64,000 bases of DNA from an uncultured Verrucomicrobiae bacterium (GTDB lineage Bacteria > Verrucomicrobiota > Verrucomicrobiia > Chthoniobacterales > JAFAMB01): contig CAWIPH010000002.1 in the NCBI GenBank assembly GCA_963837955.1, positions 1,376,001-1,440,000 on the forward strand, read 5' to 3'. Positions within the stretch are counted from its first letter, which is position 1, and the number at the start of each line of letters is the position of its first letter. Both the position numbers and the translations under genes were made by a program. Shown here piece by piece: positions 58,723-64,000 of this stretch. A model generated the notes under the pieces. The model made no database searches and was not told where the DNA came from. It worked only from the letters and a program-made list of their open reading frames with translations.

Positions 58723-59649
58723 TCAGTCGCCGCCCCGGTGAATGATGTCGTGATCGAGAGCGCTCTCTAGATGAGTGGTGACCTTGGCGCCGGAAGGAAT
58801 ATTGGTCTCGAGAGTCTCTTCAATCTCCGTCGCGACACGGTGCGCGTCACTGAGCAATACACCGGCCGGGAAAACGAGATGGAACTCGACCCAGTTAGTG
58901 TCTCCGAGGTTGCGGTGGCGCAGGTTGTGATAGGAAACCCCGCGCTGGCTGGTTTCGCGATCCAGCAGTTCGACGATGTTTTGCTGGATGGCAGGATCCG
59001 CTGCGTCCATCAAGCCGGAAAACCCGGAGCGAACCAGCCGGATTCCGGTGATCAGGATGTTGGTCGCGATCAAAATACCGATTACCGGATCGATCGGAGC
59101 CCAATGGAAGAACCAAGTTAATAGGAGGCTGATAAGAACGGCAGCGCTCGTCCAGCAATCGGTCAACGTATGTTTGCCGTTGGCCTCCACCAGAAATGAA
59201 TGATACTTGCGGCCAGTTCGAATGAGATAAAAGCCCAAAGCCCCGTTTACGCAGGCGGCAGCAATCGTTAAAACGATTCCAAGAGTCAGGTTCTGCAATG
59301 GTTCCGGATAGAAAAGTTTCTTTCCGGAGTGGAAATAGATAAAAAACGCGGCCAGCAGAATCAAAGAGCCTTCCACTCCGGCCGAAAAGAAACCGATTTT
59401 CGCGTGACCGTAACGATGCGTTGCGTCCGCCGGCTTAGTGGAGAGCCGGAGGCTGTAGGTGGCGAACAGGACGGCGATCACATGCACGATCGATTCGGCA
59501 GCATCACTCAGGATCGCGGCAGAGCCCGTGATGAAATACCCGCCCATCTTGAGGAAGACCATCCCGAGAGCGACGCCCATTGACCATGACATCGCTCGCC
59601 ACAACAGCGCTTCTCGCCCGGTTCGGGGATGTCCATCAATTCTCTCCAT
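58723..59649 (-). CDS. Cation diffusion facilitator (FieF-like)
   Basis: S.AILSDAAES, H.YGH.K, H..TD, DP, EFHL and AH....IE motifs. Confidence 0.92.
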   Translation of the reverse strand: MERIDGHPRTGREALLWRAMSWSMGVALGMVFLKMGGYFITGSAAILSDAAESIVHVIAVLFATYSLRLSTKPADATHRYGHAKIGFFSAGVEGSLILLAAFFIYFHSGKKLFYPEPLQNLTLGIVLTIAAACVNGALGFYLIRTGRKYHSFLVEANGKHTLTDCWTSAAVLISLLLTWFFHWAPIDPVIGILIATNILITGIRLVRSGFSGLMDAADPAIQQNIVELLDRETSQRGVSYHNLRHRNLGDTNWVEFHLVFPAGVLLSDAHRVATEIEETLETNIPSGAKVTTHLESALDHDIIHRGGD

Positions 59650-60361
59650 CGCCGCTCTTTTTCGGACGTTTCATCCTGATGTGAATCTGCCGCGACAACA
59701 GCCAACGCACACCGAACATATCGACCGTTGCTCGCCAGGCGCGATTGCCAAAGCTGTATTTGCTCGAGCCATATTGTCGGGCGCGGTGGTGGACGGGTAC
59801 CTCAACGATCCGATAACCGGCGCCTTTGATCAGGGCCGGAATAAAGCGATGCATACCGTAAAACGGGATCAGAGCTTCGCGGCATTCACGACGCATTGCT
59901 TTCAATGTGCAACCCGTGTCTCTAATGCCATCCTTGGTAAATCGGCTCCGCACAGCATTTGCAATACTGCTCTGGAAGCGTTTAAACCAAGTATCCTTGC
60001 GCTTCGCCCGGAAGCCGCAGACAAGATCTGCGCCCTTTTCCAATTCGGCCAGCAACAGCGGAATATCGTTGGGGTCATTCTGCAAATCGCTGTCGATTAA
60101 CACCAGGATTTCTCCACGCGCGGCGCGCAGCCCCGCATAAATTGCGGCGCTCTGACCAGTGTTTTTTGTGAACTCAAGGATGCGAACGCGAGATCCGAGG
60201 TCGATCTTTTCGAGCGAGTTATCGGTGGATCCATCGTCCACAAAAACAAGCTCGTGGTCATAATCCGTCATTACTTTGGCCAACTCGGTTTGAAGCTGAA
60301 ACAGACTTTGAGCCTCGTTGTAGATTGGGATAACGATGGAAATGTGCGGATCGGCGTTCAC
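59636..60361 (-). CDS. GT2 polyprenol-phosphate glycosyltransferase
   Basis: SIVIPIYNE, VDDGSTD, D.DLQNDP, DTGC.LK and HRFIP motifs. Confidence 0.92.
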   Translation of the reverse strand: MNADPHISIVIPIYNEAQSLFQLQTELAKVMTDYDHELVFVDDGSTDNSLEKIDLGSRVRILEFTKNTGQSAAIYAGLRAARGEILVLIDSDLQNDPNDIPLLLAELEKGADLVCGFRAKRKDTWFKRFQSSIANAVRSRFTKDGIRDTGCTLKAMRRECREALIPFYGMHRFIPALIKGAGYRIVEVPVHHRARQYGSSKYSFGNRAWRATVDMFGVRWLLSRQIHIRMKRPKKSGDGEN

Positions 60362-61935
60362 AAAGGTAGCGTCTGGTACTGATAGCAGGCAAACACGCGA
60401 ATTTCGCGCAAAGGCAACTCTCGTCGCTCCAGTTGAAACACCGCAACTAGCTCCCAGCGAGTAAATGAGTTTTGGAGCGCCTGCGGCGGAGAGCCGTCCC
60501 CGTGATCGGTTATATACAGGGCGGTCCGGTTGATAAACGGATTGACGCCATTCTGTTCAGTGAAATATGAACTCGGGTTAGTCTTGTCAGTTGGCTCGAT
60601 GAATTCGTCGTACCGAGGCCAAAATGAAAACTCATTTTGGATATCCTGCGATTCCGGAATGTAGACTGGAGGATGTCCGGGATCTTCGATCCGTGGGTCT
60701 TTCAGATAGAAGGATAGCATCGAGGCGGTCTGATACTTATTACCTATCAAGAAAACTGGCTCTCCTAGCTTTCGCTCAAACTCGCTTCGAAACTTTTCAA
60801 TCTGCTCAGCCAAGGTTTGCCATCCTCGCAGTCTGGACGAGGGATCGATGCGGTAAGGAATCCTCAGACCAGCGACGCGCAACAGGTCGAGATCCAGAGC
60901 GATGACAGTCATGAACGCAGCGGTCACCAGGCCGGCCACGCAAAGCACAGTGACGGCGCGATTTTCTCGGGCCGAGTTGAGCCACCAGGAAGTCGTGAGG
61001 ATTCCCAAGCTGACAAAGGCCTGAGCTGTCCAATTCGGCTCTCCCGGCTGCTTCAGAGCAAGAATCAAATAGGTAATGAGCACCGGCCAACTGAAGGCGA
61101 GCAGAAAACAGACTTTGGTGTTTTGAAACGCTTTTCGAATCGAGCCGAATAGGGCCATCAGAAACGCGATAAAGATAAGCGGCGAGTAAACGCCTAATTG
61201 GCCTCCGAGAAACCGCGCGAAACTCGCAAGATTCACTGCGAACGGTTTCTGCAAGCCTCCGCGGAGAGAGAGATGGGCGAGGGTGATCCATTCATGCTGC
61301 TGATTCCAGATGATTGGTGGCAGAAGGAAAGGCAGGAAGCCAAGCAAGAGTAAGTAGAATCCCGGGCGGACAAGTTCCCGACGATGTTTTGGCACCATCA
61401 GGAGGAACAGAAAAACGGATAATAGCTGGAATGCGTTGGTGTATTTTGAAATGAAGCCCAGACCGATGAGCACGCCGGTTACAAGCCAAAGCCACAATCC
61501 GGCCGGACTTCGCTCTAGCGCGAGCCAGAACGTGTAGATCGCGGCAGCCCAAAAGAATATCGAAAGGGGATCGATAGTCATCACAATCGCCCCAACATTA
61601 AAGATCGGAAGAACGTTCAGACCGATGACTGTCCAAAAGGCGACTTTTTCCCGATAGAGGTGGCGGGCAAGAAAATAAAGAATCAACGAAGTACCCAGCC
61701 CGAGCAACGGGCTGAGAAAGCGAACGCCGAGCTCGGTGCGACCGAAAATCGAAGTGCTGGCGAGGATGGCCATCGCGACTCCTGGTCCTTTGCTGTAATA
61801 GCAAATGTCGGGATGTTGAGACCAAAGATAATAATACGCCTCATCCGGAGCGAGCTCATAATGCGTGGCGAGAAAAAGGCGCACCGCTGTGAGCGCCAAT
61901 AGAAAGACTAGAAGCAGCCAGAAGCGAGCGGTCAT
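60358..61935 (-). CDS. ArnT/PMT-like GT-C membrane glycosyltransferase
   Basis: DEAYY..W, YYSK.P, D, SKY and WN....W motifs; polytopic membrane protein. Confidence 0.9.
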   Translation of the reverse strand: MTARFWLLLVFLLALTAVRLFLATHYELAPDEAYYYLWSQHPDICYYSKGPGVAMAILASTSIFGRTELGVRFLSPLLGLGTSLILYFLARHLYREKVAFWTVIGLNVLPIFNVGAIVMTIDPLSIFFWAAAIYTFWLALERSPAGLWLWLVTGVLIGLGFISKYTNAFQLLSVFLFLLMVPKHRRELVRPGFYLLLLGFLPFLLPPIIWNQQHEWITLAHLSLRGGLQKPFAVNLASFARFLGGQLGVYSPLIFIAFLMALFGSIRKAFQNTKVCFLLAFSWPVLITYLILALKQPGEPNWTAQAFVSLGILTTSWWLNSARENRAVTVLCVAGLVTAAFMTVIALDLDLLRVAGLRIPYRIDPSSRLRGWQTLAEQIEKFRSEFERKLGEPVFLIGNKYQTASMLSFYLKDPRIEDPGHPPVYIPESQDIQNEFSFWPRYDEFIEPTDKTNPSSYFTEQNGVNPFINRTALYITDHGDGSPPQALQNSFTRWELVAVFQLERRELPLREIRVFACYQYQTLPL

Positions 61936-62582
61936 GAAGCCACCAAATGCGGGTGATTTGCGTACAGACGGGGAAACCAACGAGCAGTCACCTTCCGGTA
62001 AAGAAAGCTAAGCAACACAAAGAAAGTGAGCGCGAAACCAATACCGAGCACGGCGGACACGATAACGTCGGTAGGCCAGTGCGACCCGCAATATATACGC
62101 GAGTATGAGATCAACGCGGCCGGAATAACGTAGAGAGCGCCCCACCAACGAAAGAAAATAATGGCGAGCGTCGCGATGACCGTGTTGTTCATAGTGTGGC
62201 CAGACGGGAACGACCGGCCGACCTGAATCCTCCCCACGGGTGTAGGCGAGAGATGGACGCTGACAGGTTGGAAGAGACCGATAAACACTGGGTGGGTTTT
62301 CTGCAGCGTAACTTCTCGTACATCAGCCAGCGCTTGAATCGGCCTCGGGCGGTTGACGGCAATTTTCGTGACCTGAGTGACAATCCCGTCAGTGAACCCA
62401 ATCGTGATCAGGGTAACGATCAAAAAACTTCGCCACCGAAATCCACCTCGCCAAAACAAAAGCGCCGCGCAAATAAAAAGGATGGGTCGCCAAAGATCAA
62501 AGTTTGAGCAGATGGCCATAAGCCGATCCAGCACCGGGTTGGTCCATTGTTTGTTGATAAGAAACAGCAGTAGGGTATCCAT
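61932..62582 (-). CDS. PAP2-family phosphatase
   Basis: K....RPRP, SFPSGH and SRIY.G.HW.TD motifs. Confidence 0.93.
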   Translation of the reverse strand: MDTLLLFLINKQWTNPVLDRLMAICSNFDLWRPILFICAALLFWRGGFRWRSFLIVTLITIGFTDGIVTQVTKIAVNRPRPIQALADVREVTLQKTHPVFIGLFQPVSVHLSPTPVGRIQVGRSFPSGHTMNNTVIATLAIIFFRWWGALYVIPAALISYSRIYCGSHWPTDVIVSAVLGIGFALTFFVLLSFLYRKVTARWFPRLYANHPHLVAS

Positions 62583-62623
62583 TCCGGTTCGATTCGGCTG
62601 CGTAAGCTAAGGATTCGATTCCC

Positions 62624-63304
62624 ATGAAACAAGTAAAGAAATTGATCGGTGCGATTGCGCTCGTTTTGCTGCTGCTTCCTCCGGCAGGATTGGCGCAAGA
62701 ACCAAACGCTGCCGCGATCCTGGACGGAGTGCGACTGGCCAAAGTGGACCGAGAGCTCAAAGGACAGTTGCGTAAAGAGGACGGGACTATCATTCCATTT
62801 GGGCTGAGCCTGAGCGGGTCACAAGTAATTTATCGGTTCAATAGTCCAGACGAAACTCTGCGAGTCGAGCTGAGAGATTCCGCCTCGACGTTGAATCAAG
62901 ATGCAGGCGGCAAGAGCCATTTGGTGGCCGGCAATCAGCTCACCGAAAAAGTACGCGGAACGGATCTCTCGTATGAAGATCTATCGCTACACTTCTTGTA
63001 CTGGGCGAACCCAAAAATAGAAGGAGAACAGTCAGTCAAAGGTTTCTCTTGTTGGATTATCCTGGTCCAGCATCTTGGCCGCGACAGCAATTATGCGTCC
63101 GTTCGGATGTGGATCATGAAAGAGGGAAGTAGCCTACTTCGAGCTGAGGCATTCAACGCCAAAGGGAAGTTAGAAAAACGATTTGAAGTGATTTCGGGAC
63201 AGAAGGTCGAAGACAAATGGATTCCGAAACAGGTGCGGGTTCAGGTGTATAACCCGGAGACCGGTAAGCAAGAGTCTCGTACTTATCTAGAAATCAACGG
63301 GTAG
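62624..63304 (+). CDS. LolA-like lipoprotein-sorting-fold protein
   Basis: Signal peptide; GTDLSYEDL, S.Y....W and G.L.K motifs. Confidence 0.75.
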   Translation: MKQVKKLIGAIALVLLLLPPAGLAQEPNAAAILDGVRLAKVDRELKGQLRKEDGTIIPFGLSLSGSQVIYRFNSPDETLRVELRDSASTLNQDAGGKSHLVAGNQLTEKVRGTDLSYEDLSLHFLYWANPKIEGEQSVKGFSCWIILVQHLGRDSNYASVRMWIMKEGSSLLRAEAFNAKGKLEKRFEVISGQKVEDKWIPKQVRVQVYNPETGKQESRTYLEING

Positions 63305-63459
63305 GCGGGGCGCTTCATAACATGTACAGATTTTGTTTGTTCATCCGCTGCACATTGTTATAATATGCCGGCCGGTAGGTTGCTGGCCGCGACCGGCTCA
63401 GCGTTTGTATCTCTTTGACATGGCCCATCTTACCAATTAAGATCCCGAAAGTTTTGCAT

Positions 63460-64000
63460 ATGAGAAATAGAGGCCTCTGCTTCGGGAGTATGCTAGTGGG
63501 CTTAGTTCTTGTAAGCGGAACTGGAGCTTACGGCCAAACGGATGTAGAGAACGCGGCTAGTTTTACTGAACACGCGATGAGGCTGCGTGCCGAAGTGCTT
63601 TTCAAAGTGCAGCCGGATACAACGCGTCAACGATTGATCGTTCTGGAGGGTAGATACTCTTGGCGCAGCAACATCATTACGACGGTGTTCTGGGTAGGCG
63701 AAATGGCCAGCGGGAACAATCCTGTTCCAAATGAAGCGAGTGCGTGGGATCTGAATTGGTCACATAATTATGGCGGCCTCGATGTACCAGATTCGGGTAA
63801 CCGCCGCGGATTTTTGCCGGCTACTTTTGTGCCTCGGCAAAACCCGTTTTATGTCGCCTTACCTTATAACGACGTTGCCAATGGAAGGACGAAGCCTGAG
63901 GCCGCCCAAGTGATTCCGTGGTTCAAGGACACGTTTCTTAGATCGGGCCAAACCGTTTTGAAGGGTCGATGGATCGCGATTCGCAAGGGCGGGCGCACCT
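63460..64000 (+). CDS. Secreted hypothetical protein, 3'-partial
   Basis: Manual translation MRNRGLCFGSMLVGLVLV...TTVFWVGE...SAWD.NW...YGG...NPFYVALPYND, open to the window end. Confidence 0.8.
   Translation, partial: MRNRGLCFGSMLVGLVLVSGTGAYGQTDVENAASFTEHAMRLRAEVLFKVQPDTTRQRLIVLEGRYSWRSNIITTVFWVGEMASGNNPVPNEASAWDLNWSHNYGGLDVPDSGNRRGFLPATFVPRQNPFYVALPYNDVANGRTKPEAAQVIPWFKDTFLRSGQTVLKGRWIAIRKGGRT

Overview
Bacterial chromosomal window, probably from a soil Verrucomicrobiota (Chthoniobacterales-like) genome; this is inferred from gene content and repeat style only. Positions 1-52 kb are accessory-type: a partial nSTAND-TM-TPR gene, a duplicated two-microprotein cassette, two secreted phosphoesterases, CusRS-like and FixLJ-like two-component systems, three ATPase-less sugar ABC modules (near GH4, GH42 and mannitol dehydrogenase genes), tnaA, corA and cls. 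Positions 52-64 kb are core-like: tRNA-Gly, rnr, a PUR-family protein, ppdK and an envelope glycosylation operon. The best candidate for a new system is 41599-42836, a split-borosin-type RiPP pair: a peptide alpha-N-methyltransferase coupled to a precursor with an unusual three-part layout. It is followed by a TIR-TM-TPR receptor-like gene and a P450 whose I-helix Thr is replaced by Asn. Other signals are a 4-copy motif (GACCAAGGTCCAATAG) marking a putative FixJ-like regulon, a PfkB protein with degenerate catalytic motifs, a Tyr/Arg/His-rich secreted peptide, a ~527-bp palindrome beside the tRNA, and several REP-like families. No CRISPR array, rRNA, transposase or integrase was seen. All calls come from motif recognition by eye; no searches were run.
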